The notes below the pieces were generated by a model. The model searched no databases. It was given only the letters and a program-made list of their open reading frames with translations, and was not told the origin of the DNA. The translations under genes were made by a program, and so were the position numbers. Positions 31,136-42,061 of a stretch of DNA of 64,000 nt are shown in pieces; the first letter of the stretch is position 1; every line of letters starts with the position of its first letter. This DNA is from a virus: the IMG/VR virus record IMGVR_UViG_3300046799_000011, positions 47,670-111,669 of that record; one strand, 5' to 3'.

Positions 31136-33214
31136 CTAGCCTATAGCTGCCCAATAAGAGAATTGGGCAGATGTATTACTAGCAGGTGTAATACTTCCTG
31201 GTAGCGCAATGAGCCCAGTACCGTTGGTACCATAACGAGTTGTTGCTGCGGTTGTATTGAAATTAAGCACCGTAGAGTTAAGATCTTGGGCGCGGTATAC
31301 AGCGGGCATCGTTGTTGCATTAAATAAGAAAGCTACCCAATACAGTCCAGGAGTTAGCGCGGCGGAAATTGTTTCGGTAAACATACCAGTGGTAGTAACT
31401 CTAGCGTCTACACCAACACTTGCCATTTGAGTTCCTGCTGAATTATACAGACCCACAAAATTCTCTGCGGCAGTGATAGAGGCCCCAGCCGTATTGATAC
31501 CCCAAAATAATTTAGTTGCGGTAATTACTCTGGGAACATACACAGCAGCCAGGTAAAGTGTGCCAGCGGTACCGGCTTTACCTGAAGCAATATTACTAGG
31601 GTCATAGGTCCAAGCAATAGCGCTGTGTGCCACGGTTGAAACTATTCCGTGTGAAGGCCCCACTGAGTAAATACTATTGTCTGTCTGCATATATCCAACG
31701 CCACCACGGTACCAATTCGCATCTCTGGTAGCTGAGCCGCTTCCGTAAGTTGCTTTACCTGTGGCATCCACATTAAACCGAGTAACGGAATCTCCAGTAA
31801 CCAATGCCTCAAAAGCGGTATTGGCAGTAGCTCCCCGGCTAGCAATGTAACCTCCCGCAGTGGCAGTTACTGGTCCTGCAAAATTCCAAGTCTCTGTAGT
31901 ACTTCGTGTGGGTGAAGCTGTTGTACCTGTTGCCAACCCCACACCGGGACCTTTTTGCAGGAAGGTATTAGTGCCACCATCATTGAAAGCTGTAGTAGCT
32001 GCATGTAGATAACCAGAAGAAAGATTAACCCAAGTAGATCCGGAAGCATTGAATCCTCTCTCAGGGGAATTAACTCCTGAGCCGTTGTCGTCTACTCCCG
32101 GATATACAGTAAGACCATCACAGTAAACTGGCGTAGTGGCGGCACTTACATTAAAACCTGCGTAACTTCCACCTCCGGCATTACCATTACGGCCATCACG
32201 ACGAAGTACAAGACCGTTAAATACTAGAGTCGCAGAACCCGTAGCGTCTACCAGGAAGCCGTTATTATTGCTACGGTCAGTTGTACAGCCTGTCCATATA
32301 GCGCCACCAGATCCTGTACCCGTGCCCCAGCTAGAAGTTATATACCAACCGTTCTCCCCAGCGAATTCCGAACGACAAGCGGTAAATGTTGAATTAGCCA
32401 TACCATCAAGATAATACCCTCGGCGACCACAACCAATAGCACGACACCCGATCATTGTAGTATCAGTCATATTTGAGAAACGAAAACCGTCAAGTGTGGC
32501 GGTCGATACTTGAACGTTATCAAGGTACCAAGAATACGGATGCCCAGAACCATTTGATATAGACTGCACCCCACGATCCGTTACTTTATCAATGGACACG
32601 TTGTGCATTACCACGCCATGTACAAGTCCTGTTGCAGCAACTCCAGTAGTAGTCCCGGGTAATACACTTCCATCAATAGTTATATCAACCAGTCTTTGAC
32701 CCTCACTAGTAGTGCTATAACCCCCAGTGGTGGCGTCAACCATAGAAATTACTGATGTTCCACTAAAAGAGGAAAGGGGCTTTATGATGGACTGCTGAAT
32801 ATTAGTTCCACGCATAGCGTAACTACCCTTAAGTGTTACATAGGGTGGGACTATCAAAGGTGCAGAAGTTCTGTAATTACCCGGAGGCAGTAGGACTATC
32901 GCTCCTCGGGGAATAGTAGCAGAGTCTGTGTACGCGGCATTGAGAGTAGCTTGGATAGCAGCATAATCATCCGCAGCTCCGTTACCTAATGCTCCGTGGT
33001 CCTTTACATTAAGTACTTCCCCGTCAACTACCGCGCCTAAACTTAAACCTAGATTGGTTCTAGCTTGTGCAATATTCGACAGATCCGAAAGGTTGTCTGC
33101 TGCCTGTAGTGAATCCCCTGCGGAGGAAATTATATCTGAATCCAATTGTGCAAACGCGGCGTTTACTGGTACATCCCAATTCTGGGTACCTTTAGGGATT
33201 GGCGTAAATGTCAT
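31136..33214 (-). CDS. pectate-lyase-like beta-helix appendage (depolymerase candidate)
   Basis: NVKDHGALGNGAADDYAAIQ...LPPGNY followed by beta-helix repeats. Confidence 0.85.
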   Translation of the reverse strand: MTFTPIPKGTQNWDVPVNAAFAQLDSDIISSAGDSLQAADNLSDLSNIAQARTNLGLSLGAVVDGEVLNVKDHGALGNGAADDYAAIQATLNAAYTDSATIPRGAIVLLPPGNYRTSAPLIVPPYVTLKGSYAMRGTNIQQSIIKPLSSFSGTSVISMVDATTGGYSTTSEGQRLVDITIDGSVLPGTTTGVAATGLVHGVVMHNVSIDKVTDRGVQSISNGSGHPYSWYLDNVQVSTATLDGFRFSNMTDTTMIGCRAIGCGRRGYYLDGMANSTFTACRSEFAGENGWYITSSWGTGTGSGGAIWTGCTTDRSNNNGFLVDATGSATLVFNGLVLRRDGRNGNAGGGSYAGFNVSAATTPVYCDGLTVYPGVDDNGSGVNSPERGFNASGSTWVNLSSGYLHAATTAFNDGGTNTFLQKGPGVGLATGTTASPTRSTTETWNFAGPVTATAGGYIASRGATANTAFEALVTGDSVTRFNVDATGKATYGSGSATRDANWYRGGVGYMQTDNSIYSVGPSHGIVSTVAHSAIAWTYDPSNIASGKAGTAGTLYLAAVYVPRVITATKLFWGINTAGASITAAENFVGLYNSAGTQMASVGVDARVTTTGMFTETISAALTPGLYWVAFLFNATTMPAVYRAQDLNSTVLNFNTTAATTRYGTNGTGLIALPGSITPASNTSAQFSYWAAIG

Positions 33215-33236
33215 TTATTATCCTTAGTCCTTTGGC

Positions 33237-35420
33237 TTAGCTCTTAGTGTACCAATTCCACGCGGAAGAAACTCGTGCTGGGTATATTGTTACTGAATTT
33301 CCTTGGGCTGCAAGGGTATACGTTGTTGCAGGTGCGCCAACCCCTTGAATAGTTTCACTATTAACTGTGTGGATAACTACGGGATTAGCACTTGAGTCAG
33401 TCTTCTTGAAGGTATATACATTAGGTGTCCATGCCGCGCTAATGAGTGTTATATCTTTCTGTGCAGACGTGGCATCTATCAGTACTACTTCATCAAGAAC
33501 ACTTACTGTATAGTTCGCCGATACCGCTGTAACTGGGAACGCCTTCTGCCCATCCACAATCTTAAGTCCGGTTGAAGCGCTTACTGTCGTATTGGCTGCT
33601 GTGTACAGTCCTGTAAGTCTGATATTTCCCAAGGCTGCGTTAAGAGCCGCTCCGGAATTTCTATCCGTAAAGGAAGGTGCACCAGTCTCTGTGTCTAGCT
33701 GGTCAATATTAAGGAAGGGGCCTATACCTGCTGATCCGGCACCAACAATATTGATCAGGTGAGTACATGCCTCAACGGAGATTTGATTAATCCAGAAAGC
33801 GTGAGTGGCACCAACGCCCCCAAAGTAAACACCTACTGGGCAGAAGCCTGACCAGCAATAAAGGATTCTCATATTGTCTACTGTGGTGTGCTCTGTGGCA
33901 AAGAATCCAAAAGTGAATCCTCCGTGACAAGTAACATTACTGATCGCGCAGTTATCGTTATTACCGTTGGCGGGCATAAGCCATCCGATAGACAAACCAT
34001 TGGCAAAGCTGTTAGGACTTGCAAAGTCGTTGTGCGGAACGGTACCTGTAGTTCCATAGGCGAAGTCAAATAGATTACAGTTGGAAACTCCTGTCATATC
34101 TCCAGCGCTGTAACTCAAGCCGAAGGAACTGTAGGTAGTAAGGATAGACATGTCTTTGAACGTAACACCCATGTTGCTGAAGATTCCGGGAGCAACACCA
34201 TAACCACCGGGTTGTGACGGGCCACCAATAACACAGGCATTTCCGCCATTGTTAATACTTGTAGTCTGGGCACCAGAGGACGCAAATACTCCAAAGGAAA
34301 CAAGGGTACTTCCAGAAAACTGAGGAGTAAGCTGTTCCCAGTGCTGAAGGATGGAACCGTTGCCTACACCAAGGAAAATGAGATTGCTCTTATTTCCTGT
34401 AGTAACTAGCGGAGGAAGATATAGCTGGGAATTTCCTGCGTGTGCTGTAGTAAGTGCGCCCGCGATTCCGTAGAATAATCCGGAACCTGTTGGGAAGAAT
34501 ATTGTGGCTGCACCATGTAATCCCGCGTAAGTAACAGCAGCATTGATAGCGCTCTGAACTGCCACAGTATCATCAGTTGCCCATAGAAGCAGGGCACCAG
34601 AAACTGTATTAGACGCGGCGACACTGATAGTTACTTGTCCCGAGTTAACGAAGGCTGTGATCTGCGCGATTAGGGAGGTAACTCCTGCGGCTGCTGCACC
34701 CTTGAGCATTACCCATTTACCCACATCGCCTAGTACAAAGGGATTAGACGGAGAAGTAAGATCTGTCTGCCCCGAAATAATGGCACCATCAAGAACTAGC
34801 TTTCCGTCACCCAATGCCCCGTAGGTGGCAACATTGAATACGTCTGCTCGCTTAAGTGCATATGCCCCATTAGCACGAGTAACCTCAGAAGCTATCTGTG
34901 TGTCCGTGTAAGAGGCCGCATTTGTCTGGGCGGTAGTTGCTGCCCCAGCCGCGTCAAAGGCGCTAGAAGAGGCCGTAGCGGCTGTTCCTAGGCCAAGATT
35001 GTTGCGTGCTGTAGCTGCGTTAGCTAGGTCCGATAGGTTGTTCGCCTTGAACAACGCATTAGTTGTAGTAAAGGCATTAGCATTTGTCTGTGCTGTAGTA
35101 GCTGCGCCCGCAGGATCAAAGGCTGATGTAGCCGATTGGGCAGCAGAACCCAAGCCTAGATTGGTTCTGGCCGTTGCTACATTCGTAAGATCAGAAAGGT
35201 TATTGGCTGCAAGCAAGGAACCCGCGCCTGATGGGGCTGTCCAGGTAGCGGTGTTAACGCTAGTTGCGGTAAGGACTAAGCCGTTAGCCGGAGTACCCGA
35301 TACAGTTACCCCATTTACCTTTGAGGAGTTAGTAGATATCTCTCCTTCTAGTTCAAGCAGAGCATCATTAAGAATGATGTCCCAGTCGGTTTGTCCCTTA
35401 GTGGGAATTACAAGTGCCAT
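33237..35420 (-). CDS. second beta-helix appendage/fiber
   Basis: NNLSDL...ARTNLGLG repeats; FNVATYGALGDG; DDTVAVQSAINAA. Confidence 0.8.
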   Translation of the reverse strand: MALVIPTKGQTDWDIILNDALLELEGEISTNSSKVNGVTVSGTPANGLVLTATSVNTATWTAPSGAGSLLAANNLSDLTNVATARTNLGLGSAAQSATSAFDPAGAATTAQTNANAFTTTNALFKANNLSDLANAATARNNLGLGTAATASSSAFDAAGAATTAQTNAASYTDTQIASEVTRANGAYALKRADVFNVATYGALGDGKLVLDGAIISGQTDLTSPSNPFVLGDVGKWVMLKGAAAAGVTSLIAQITAFVNSGQVTISVAASNTVSGALLLWATDDTVAVQSAINAAVTYAGLHGAATIFFPTGSGLFYGIAGALTTAHAGNSQLYLPPLVTTGNKSNLIFLGVGNGSILQHWEQLTPQFSGSTLVSFGVFASSGAQTTSINNGGNACVIGGPSQPGGYGVAPGIFSNMGVTFKDMSILTTYSSFGLSYSAGDMTGVSNCNLFDFAYGTTGTVPHNDFASPNSFANGLSIGWLMPANGNNDNCAISNVTCHGGFTFGFFATEHTTVDNMRILYCWSGFCPVGVYFGGVGATHAFWINQISVEACTHLINIVGAGSAGIGPFLNIDQLDTETGAPSFTDRNSGAALNAALGNIRLTGLYTAANTTVSASTGLKIVDGQKAFPVTAVSANYTVSVLDEVVLIDATSAQKDITLISAAWTPNVYTFKKTDSSANPVVIHTVNSETIQGVGAPATTYTLAAQGNSVTIYPARVSSAWNWYTKS

Positions 35421-35423
35421 CTT

Positions 35424-36170
35424 TTATCCTCCATAAGGACCTGAACCGTATTGACCTTCACCATAACCGGTATGTGTTGGCACCACATAAGCAGGGGAGC
35501 GCAGGGAAGGAGTTACCTGATTTATTATCTTGGTAAGAGGGCTTGTACCACTAGGGGCATAACTGAGTGGGAATATACCTCTACCACTATTGTACGGATC
35601 ATAGACCGTATCGTTTAAGCTGAGTCTCTGAGAGAACTGCTTGTCATTAGGTGTTACGTACTGAGCAAATTGAATATCATTTACCATCTCATCAGGCTTA
35701 ACCTGAGTAGCATCAATAGATACAATAATATCTTTCTGCTGAATCTGTCCCATAACCTGAACACTGGTTACCCGGAATACCTTAGTATCATATACGAATC
35801 TATCTTTTAGATAATTCTGATTGTTAAGGTCCATACGATCCAAGCCCATACGTTTTATCTGGTCAAAAGATAAAGTTACGTGGGCTCTGTCATTGGAGTA
35901 GAAACCATATTCTGTATTATCGTTATCCCCTTCTATGTGGATAACATGTAATGCTGGAATTGTATTGGGTCCGAAATAAACTCTCCCCAATGTTCCTGCG
36001 GCTTCTCCGTATACAGGATCTATAGTTGACTGGTCATAGGCGAATCTGAAGTAATAGATCTCATCGCCAGTCCATCTCTGCCAATCACGAAGACCCTTAT
36101 AGATTTCAGATGTCTCGAAATCGACGGAGAATCTTCCGCCCTTCCACCCGATACGTCCGATCGGAATCAC
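35424..36170 (-). CDS. head closure/neck protein
   Basis: Position; YLKDRFVYDTKVFRV. Confidence 0.7.
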   Translation of the reverse strand: MIPIGRIGWKGGRFSVDFETSEIYKGLRDWQRWTGDEIYYFRFAYDQSTIDPVYGEAAGTLGRVYFGPNTIPALHVIHIEGDNDNTEYGFYSNDRAHVTLSFDQIKRMGLDRMDLNNQNYLKDRFVYDTKVFRVTSVQVMGQIQQKDIIVSIDATQVKPDEMVNDIQFAQYVTPNDKQFSQRLSLNDTVYDPYNSGRGIFPLSYAPSGTSPLTKIINQVTPSLRSPAYVVPTHTGYGEGQYGSGPYGG

Positions 36171-36198
36171 ATCCTTTTTCTATAAGGGTCTTCACTGT

Positions 36199-37023
36199 TT
36201 ATAATCCCCACATCCCACCAAAGATCGGACTCTGAAGATTACTCTCATCTTCGTCTCTAGCATCAATTGGTGGAAGCTGACGACGCGGCAGATCGTAGTC
36301 ATCGTATTCTCTGTCTTCAAAGATCGGTACCAGACGGTTGGTAGTCTTGGATACTCTTCTGATCTTGGACATTTCAATTCGATTAAGACCGATATTGAGC
36401 ATGGCACAAAGCTGATTGTACCTAGCTGTCATAGCGTCTATCTGGTCTCTGATCTGGCGGTATCTCTGGCTGCGGGGAACTGTAGTTCCATCAGCGGATG
36501 AGATATCGATATCAGTACTCGCGTCTGTAGCCAAAGCCCACAGGGCATCTATTGTTGCGCGGAGTGCTACTAACGTACCTTCTATCTCAGGGAGATTAGA
36601 AAGATCGATTGGTACCGTTACATACTTGACAAAGCCGTTTGAATCTTTGAATCGGGTCTTTACTGTTCTGCCATTCGCATGTTGAATAACAGCGTCATTG
36701 ATAAAGGCACCCAATTCTTCATCGGAGAACATACCACTAGCCTGCCCCGAAACTACTAAGGTGTCTCCTTGAGGTAATGGGGAAGGCGTACCAGTAAGGA
36801 AGATTCTTCCCTCTTGGTAGTTCATCGCATAGTCTGTTCCCTTTACCAGAAGAACAGGTACTTGATTGCGTATCCACGTTACTGTCTCATTCCAGATATT
36901 GAAATCTGTTAGATCATAAGTGGAAACCATTCCAGTACCCAGGAAGGTATCCGAAAAGGGGGCGCCCGTATCTCCTAACTCAATGCGGACTCGATTAATG
37001 ATGTCCTGTGTAGTGAAAGCCAT
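36199..37023 (-). CDS. head-tail adaptor
   Basis: INRVRIELGD...FSDEEL...RSQRYRQ. Confidence 0.75.
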   Translation of the reverse strand: MAFTTQDIINRVRIELGDTGAPFSDTFLGTGMVSTYDLTDFNIWNETVTWIRNQVPVLLVKGTDYAMNYQEGRIFLTGTPSPLPQGDTLVVSGQASGMFSDEELGAFINDAVIQHANGRTVKTRFKDSNGFVKYVTVPIDLSNLPEIEGTLVALRATIDALWALATDASTDIDISSADGTTVPRSQRYRQIRDQIDAMTARYNQLCAMLNIGLNRIEMSKIRRVSKTTNRLVPIFEDREYDDYDLPRRQLPPIDARDEDESNLQSPIFGGMWGL

Positions 37024-37029
37024 AGAGAC

Positions 37030-37482
37030 CTACTGTTGTGTGAGAGTTAGATTAGCGATTGGAATAGTAATGGATTGGTTCTGAGGTGCAGTAACCGGAA
37101 CATCCCATTGCCATACGCAGATTACTTCACCGGTTGTTCCTGACGCTGCGTTTACCAAAGCCCCATAGGTTGTTGGTGTTCCGGATCCGGAGGCAGCAGT
37201 AAAGGGGCCAAAGGTAAGAAGGTTACTGTTCTGAATTTGGCTGGTACCTTCTGAGGGAGACGTAGCCGCTGAGAATGTAGCTATCTCTCTTGTGTATCCC
37301 GTAGCAGCTAATTCAGTTAACTCGGAAAGCTGCGGATCGGTAGGGGTAGCTGCCGTTGTACTCGGGTCTGCTGTAAGCAAAGCCACATAGGCTGTTGTTG
37401 GAGGAGTCCAGCCACCTAGCGATGTACCTGTTATCCAATTGAGGATTGCACGGTCTGTCGTATCAGTTAGATTACCTGACAT
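37030..37482 (-). CDS. virion protein (head fiber/decoration-like)
   Basis: YVALLTADP...GYTR...TFGP pattern. Confidence 0.65.
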   Translation of the reverse strand: MSGNLTDTTDRAILNWITGTSLGGWTPPTTAYVALLTADPSTTAATPTDPQLSELTELAATGYTREIATFSAATSPSEGTSQIQNSNLLTFGPFTAASGSGTPTTYGALVNAASGTTGEVICVWQWDVPVTAPQNQSITIPIANLTLTQQ

Positions 37483-37496
37483 AGTTTATTTCTCCC

Positions 37497-37874
37497 TTAG
37501 CGGTATCCGCCCTCCCAAAGGAGGCCCTTACTTGATAGGTGTCGTGCCAGTTCTACAGGAACAACATACTTGCGTCCCTCTTCAAAGTTATAGTGATTTC
37601 CGGCACCAAAAGTTACCTGGTCAAGAGTAATAAGAGGGATGATGGTACGTGTAGGAGATTCTAATTCAATTTCCTTGTCTACGTCCAACTCATCCTTCAC
37701 TACAGAAGTGATAGGTCCGTTGGAGTAATCAACAGGAACATCATTGATTTCATTCTCTACTTCGGCCATCATAGAAATTTCTTGAGCACGTCTCTTAAGC
37801 TCAGCCTGATTTTCCTTCTGAAGACGCTCAGTTTCAATACCGGTAAGATCTCCGGCGCGCTTGCGTGGTGGCAT
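37497..37874 (-). CDS. hypothetical head-associated protein
   Basis: MPPRKR start with RBS; follows capsid gene. Confidence 0.7.
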   Translation of the reverse strand: MPPRKRAGDLTGIETERLQKENQAELKRRAQEISMMAEVENEINDVPVDYSNGPITSVVKDELDVDKEIELESPTRTIIPLITLDQVTFGAGNHYNFEEGRKYVVPVELARHLSSKGLLWEGGYR

Positions 37875-37973
37875 TCTATTCTCCAAATTTATAGCTCGTG
37901 TGTTAGTTAAATTATATAAGAAAACCCTGCCCATAACAGGCAGGGCTTCTTATAGTTTCACTCTAGATAAAGA

Positions 37974-39011
37974 TTAGTTTGTAGATGCAACTACAACAGA
38001 AATGTCAGTGATAAGACCAAGACCCCAAATTGCATACCATGCCAAGGCGTGCTCTCTTCCGAAGTCTAGAATACCACCATCGCGCAATTCAACAGGAAGT
38101 GAAATAGCGTGACCGAAGGCGTTGTCTCCAATGAAGATGGAATCATAACGGTTAGCTGCACCGTTACCAGTTGTTACACCACCAGTTGTTGTGTCAGTTG
38201 TCCAACCGGCTCCGGCCCCACCTACGACGTTACGTACCTGAGTTGTCTCGATAAATACGACATCGTTCAAACGTCCGATTTCTCCCAGCATAAAGTTACC
38301 TGGGGCTGCATACTTAGTCATCTCGATAAACTGAGGATCGTTACGTAGCCAACGGCTCTGGTGAGGGTGGACAAAGCAGACATAAGTCTCGCCTAAGCGG
38401 GGGACATTCTTGGTTGCCAGTGTCTCGACTGCGTCGTATACAGTCTGAGAGCTGAGGTTGAAGTCACCAGTCATGGATGCGTTAGATGTACCCGCAGTAC
38501 CAATGTTGTAGAAGACCTGGTTATTGATTGCGCCGGAATCCTTCTGGTATCCGAAGATCTGTGAGGAAGCCTGAAGCAATGTGTTTCTGGCACTTACGTC
38601 AAGGTAAGTAGCCATGTTACGACCTAGAAGACGGGAAGCAGAAGCCATAACATCATCGAAGGAAGCGTTAAGTAGAAGCTCAGATACAGCAACAGCAAAT
38701 CCCTGCTCAGCAACTGTAATGCTGAACTGGCTGGCTGTTAGTGGAGCTGTCTGCATACGGATACCTTCAACAAGCTGAGAAGCATTGCCTAGGTTGTTGT
38801 AACGCATAAAGTTAATAGTAAGACCCGGAGTTACTCCAAGCTCTGTCTTCTTTACAGCGAATTGCTCGAAACGGAGTATCGGCATTGCCTGGAATAGGAT
38901 TTCCTTACTCCAGATTGTTTGGATTGCTGGAGAAAGTGCTGAACTTCCACCCGGGTAAGCTGTTGGAGCACCGGAGATATTCGGTGTGCCCGTAATTGCT
39001 GAACCAGCCAT
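37974..39011 (-). CDS. major capsid protein (N4-gp56-like family)
   Basis: IWSKEILFQAMPILRFEQFA; HPHQ; GEIGRLNDVVFIETT; LAWYAIWG. Confidence 0.95.
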   Translation of the reverse strand: MAGSAITGTPNISGAPTAYPGGSSALSPAIQTIWSKEILFQAMPILRFEQFAVKKTELGVTPGLTINFMRYNNLGNASQLVEGIRMQTAPLTASQFSITVAEQGFAVAVSELLLNASFDDVMASASRLLGRNMATYLDVSARNTLLQASSQIFGYQKDSGAINNQVFYNIGTAGTSNASMTGDFNLSSQTVYDAVETLATKNVPRLGETYVCFVHPHQSRWLRNDPQFIEMTKYAAPGNFMLGEIGRLNDVVFIETTQVRNVVGGAGAGWTTDTTTGGVTTGNGAANRYDSIFIGDNAFGHAISLPVELRDGGILDFGREHALAWYAIWGLGLITDISVVVASTN

Positions 39012-39068
39012 ATTTAGTCCTTATCGCTTATATGGGTTCGGGCACTAGCCGTACCCAGTGTGTTTAAA

Positions 39069-39887
39069 TTATCCGAAAAGGCCACGAGATCTCGCAGCAT
39101 CGTTTCCGGCTAGTCCCGACTCTTGACGGAACTTCGTGTACTCAGCCATGGTCATGTTGTTAATGTCCTCTGGCGTATATGTCTTCTGACCCACAGCACC
39201 ATCTAAGGGGCCTAGAGCTGTGTATCCTGTAGGTGCTACTCCACGTACTTGCGCTGCCTGCTGTTGTCTTGCCTGAGCCACTTCATCCGCAATGGACTGA
39301 GTAGCAACCTTTGCTTGTGCTATAGCGTTATCGATTTGTTCCTTGTTATCACCTGTGATGAAGTTATGGAACTGTGGGGCAATGTCATTAGCATTGGCTT
39401 GCAGTTGTGCAGTTCTATAGTCTACAAGATCATTATATTCTCTTTCCTTGGTACGTAGCGCAGCTTCGGCATCACGTTCTGTCTGGAGCTGCTTGAAACG
39501 CTCTTCCCAAGTATTTGTTGTTTCTTGTAACTTCTTCTCAAGGAGTGCCTTTGCAGACATCTCCTCTTCTTTTCTAGCTGTTTCTGCTGCTAGCTTCTCG
39601 GCTTGCTTACGCTCGACTTCAGCAAGTTCCTGTGCCTTCTGGTCTTGAATATCTTGAAGTGTCTTCTGCGCAGAAGACCATTGATTCTTTAGTGATTCAA
39701 TTTCAGTATAGAGCTTATCCTTCTCTTCCTTACGCGCTCTAGCAATGTCAGCCTCAGAGAATATTCTCTCTCCAGAAGCGCCATGCTGAAAAGCTGATGG
39801 GGAAGGTGCAGGACTCTGAGCACCGTTATCAGTATTTGGAGTCCCAATTGGTGAGTCCAAAGGCTGTGTTGGAGTTGCCATTTTCAT
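39069..39887 (-). CDS. capsid scaffolding protein
   Basis: Coiled coil between portal and capsid; ARKEEKDKLY. Confidence 0.85.
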   Translation of the reverse strand: MKMATPTQPLDSPIGTPNTDNGAQSPAPSPSAFQHGASGERIFSEADIARARKEEKDKLYTEIESLKNQWSSAQKTLQDIQDQKAQELAEVERKQAEKLAAETARKEEEMSAKALLEKKLQETTNTWEERFKQLQTERDAEAALRTKEREYNDLVDYRTAQLQANANDIAPQFHNFITGDNKEQIDNAIAQAKVATQSIADEVAQARQQQAAQVRGVAPTGYTALGPLDGAVGQKTYTPEDINNMTMAEYTKFRQESGLAGNDAARSRGLFG

Positions 39888-39952
39888 ATCTCCTAGAATT
39901 TAACTTGATGTTTTCCGAATATATCCCAAATGAATTTACTTAAATGTGTACG

Positions 39953-41659
39953 TTAATCGTCGGTTGGAAGCTGTCGAGTACCTAGCTTAGTTCCGTATGC
40001 ATTGACGACTGCCTCGCGTAGAGCGTCCATAGAGCCCACGCCATCCAGTTCTTGCAGATCTATCTTATTGATAGTCCCTGGTCCACCAGAAGGCGGTACA
40101 GGATTCCCTAGAGCATCTTCACCCGTTTCAGCAGGCTCAGAAGTTCCATCCGGTTGAGGTGTCATTCCAGTCAATTCTAGAATTACTGAATCGATCTGAG
40201 TTCTTAGCATACGTAGGGCACCATCACGGATGGCATCCTGGTGCAGCTCATCAAAGATCTCTTGAAGCTTCTCGTCTGGGAATTGTTCGCCCAGATCCTT
40301 CAAAGCTCCTCTACGAGATTCGAGATCCATATTCATCATTGCGCCGATTTCATTCAGCTTAACCAACTTATCCACAGGTAGTGGAGAAGGCCAGTCAATA
40401 TCACTGAAATAAACTAATGGGTCTCTTGGGTCAATAGCTAGAGGTTGACCCTCTTGGATGATTCCCTCTGTATTTGGATCGTACAGAGTAGCTTCAGGTT
40501 CAAAAATAAAGAGAGTCTTTAATGCTAACTCATTTATTTTTTGTAGTCCCTTACCATATTGTATCTTCTTTAGTTCAAACTTTTGCATTAGTGGTAAGAA
40601 TTGCATAGCAAGAGCTACACCTGAAGTATTTGAAATGGCTTGACTCTGTCCTAGAGCTGTCTCAGGAACACCAGTCATCTCGTGCATGGCTACCTTGAGC
40701 ATATTCAGAGCGTCCAGTGGACCTTCTAGTTCCACACCATTTTCAAGGTTGTTAACTGTAACGTCCTTGTTTCCAATGGACCATACACGATTAGTTCCCT
40801 TCTCAAGCTGAGAGGGCTTCGCACCGATAACAACAGTAATAGGTGCGGCATGGTAATTAACGATGTCAGCAATATCAGTTGCTGTTTCGTTGTACTGACG
40901 ATTCAGGGTAATAAGATCCTGCACATCAGACATTCCCCAAGGGGATCCGGAAGCAGGGTGATTAGCAATATGCACAATAGGAATAACACCTAAGGCATTG
41001 GGACGCTCATCAATTAGTTCATCGTTAACATACTCACGAATTATGTCAGAGCGAATTAATTCTGTGTATGTATAAACGGAACGAGTTCCCTCAGTGTTGG
41101 TTCCCCAGAAACGATACTTGAGCTTGAACTCCAGGAGTCTGTCTCTATCGTGTGGATGCCAAGTAGGGAAGCAGTAAGCGGAGTTAAGGGGAAGGATACG
41201 TACTCGACCTGCATGGTTATTCCCAGCGTCATCTACCCAAGCAGATTCATACGCCACCTTAACGAATGAATCTCCAGAGACACCACCTTGCTGTCCCATC
41301 TCCCAAGTAACGGCCTTCATATTGTTATCTAACTGCCAAACTCTTTTCAGCAAGGCAGGAACAATGTGGTCGTACTCTTTGACAGTATCGAAGGAAATGC
41401 CTCTGGAGAAACAGAAGCTATTAATATAATCGGCGAAAGCCTTTACGTAATTGAAGGTTAATTGTGGATCACCAAACTCTCTACGAGTTCCCCAGTGATG
41501 TCCTAGGTACCAAGCCCAGTATTCGGCGTATCTATTAAGGCGAGGTCCATGCATTTCAAATTCTTCATCAGACAGCTCAACCAAGCCTAGCGGGCTAATA
41601 GCAATAGCTAGGTCTGATGCAGAAGCTCTCATTGATGGAGAGTAGAAAGACATTGACAT
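39953..41659 (-). CDS. portal protein (SPP1 gp6-like)
   Basis: TFNYVKAF; GVIPIVHIAN; WGMSDV; SNTSGVAL. Confidence 0.92.
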   Translation of the reverse strand: MSMSFYSPSMRASASDLAIAISPLGLVELSDEEFEMHGPRLNRYAEYWAWYLGHHWGTRREFGDPQLTFNYVKAFADYINSFCFSRGISFDTVKEYDHIVPALLKRVWQLDNNMKAVTWEMGQQGGVSGDSFVKVAYESAWVDDAGNNHAGRVRILPLNSAYCFPTWHPHDRDRLLEFKLKYRFWGTNTEGTRSVYTYTELIRSDIIREYVNDELIDERPNALGVIPIVHIANHPASGSPWGMSDVQDLITLNRQYNETATDIADIVNYHAAPITVVIGAKPSQLEKGTNRVWSIGNKDVTVNNLENGVELEGPLDALNMLKVAMHEMTGVPETALGQSQAISNTSGVALAMQFLPLMQKFELKKIQYGKGLQKINELALKTLFIFEPEATLYDPNTEGIIQEGQPLAIDPRDPLVYFSDIDWPSPLPVDKLVKLNEIGAMMNMDLESRRGALKDLGEQFPDEKLQEIFDELHQDAIRDGALRMLRTQIDSVILELTGMTPQPDGTSEPAETGEDALGNPVPPSGGPGTINKIDLQELDGVGSMDALREAVVNAYGTKLGTRQLPTDD

Positions 41660-41720
41660 GTATACATCCTATAGTTTATCCGAATTAGTATCTCTAGGGT
41701 ACAGGTTACCACAAATTTAA

Positions 41721-42050
41721 TTAAGCCTGATCTCCCTCAACAATAATCTTTACGGATATCCCGGAACCCGCAGCAGTTAAATTAAGAACACCCAGTGTCG
41801 TGGTAAATACAAATGCGGTGCCTGTGAGAGTGGAAGTACTCATTGTAGTAAGAGAAATAACGTGTGCCTGGTTTACTGCTGCGCCCGCTGCAATAATTGT
41901 TGCGTAGGCGTTACTAACGTGGGTAAGACCGGCACCGCTTATATCTACAGTAAATACACCACTACTATTGGTCGTAGCTGTTGTACGTACTTGCACGGGA
42001 CTTGGTGTACTTGCACCTTGCTCATCAGATACAAAATAATCAAAAGCCAT
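41721..42050 (-). CDS. putative virion protein
   Basis: Thr/Ala-rich beta protein in structural operon. Confidence 0.65.
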   Translation of the reverse strand: MAFDYFVSDEQGASTPSPVQVRTTATTNSSGVFTVDISGAGLTHVSNAYATIIAAGAAVNQAHVISLTTMSTSTLTGTAFVFTTTLGVLNLTAAGSGISVKIIVEGDQA

Positions 42051-42061
42051 TATAGTTCCTT

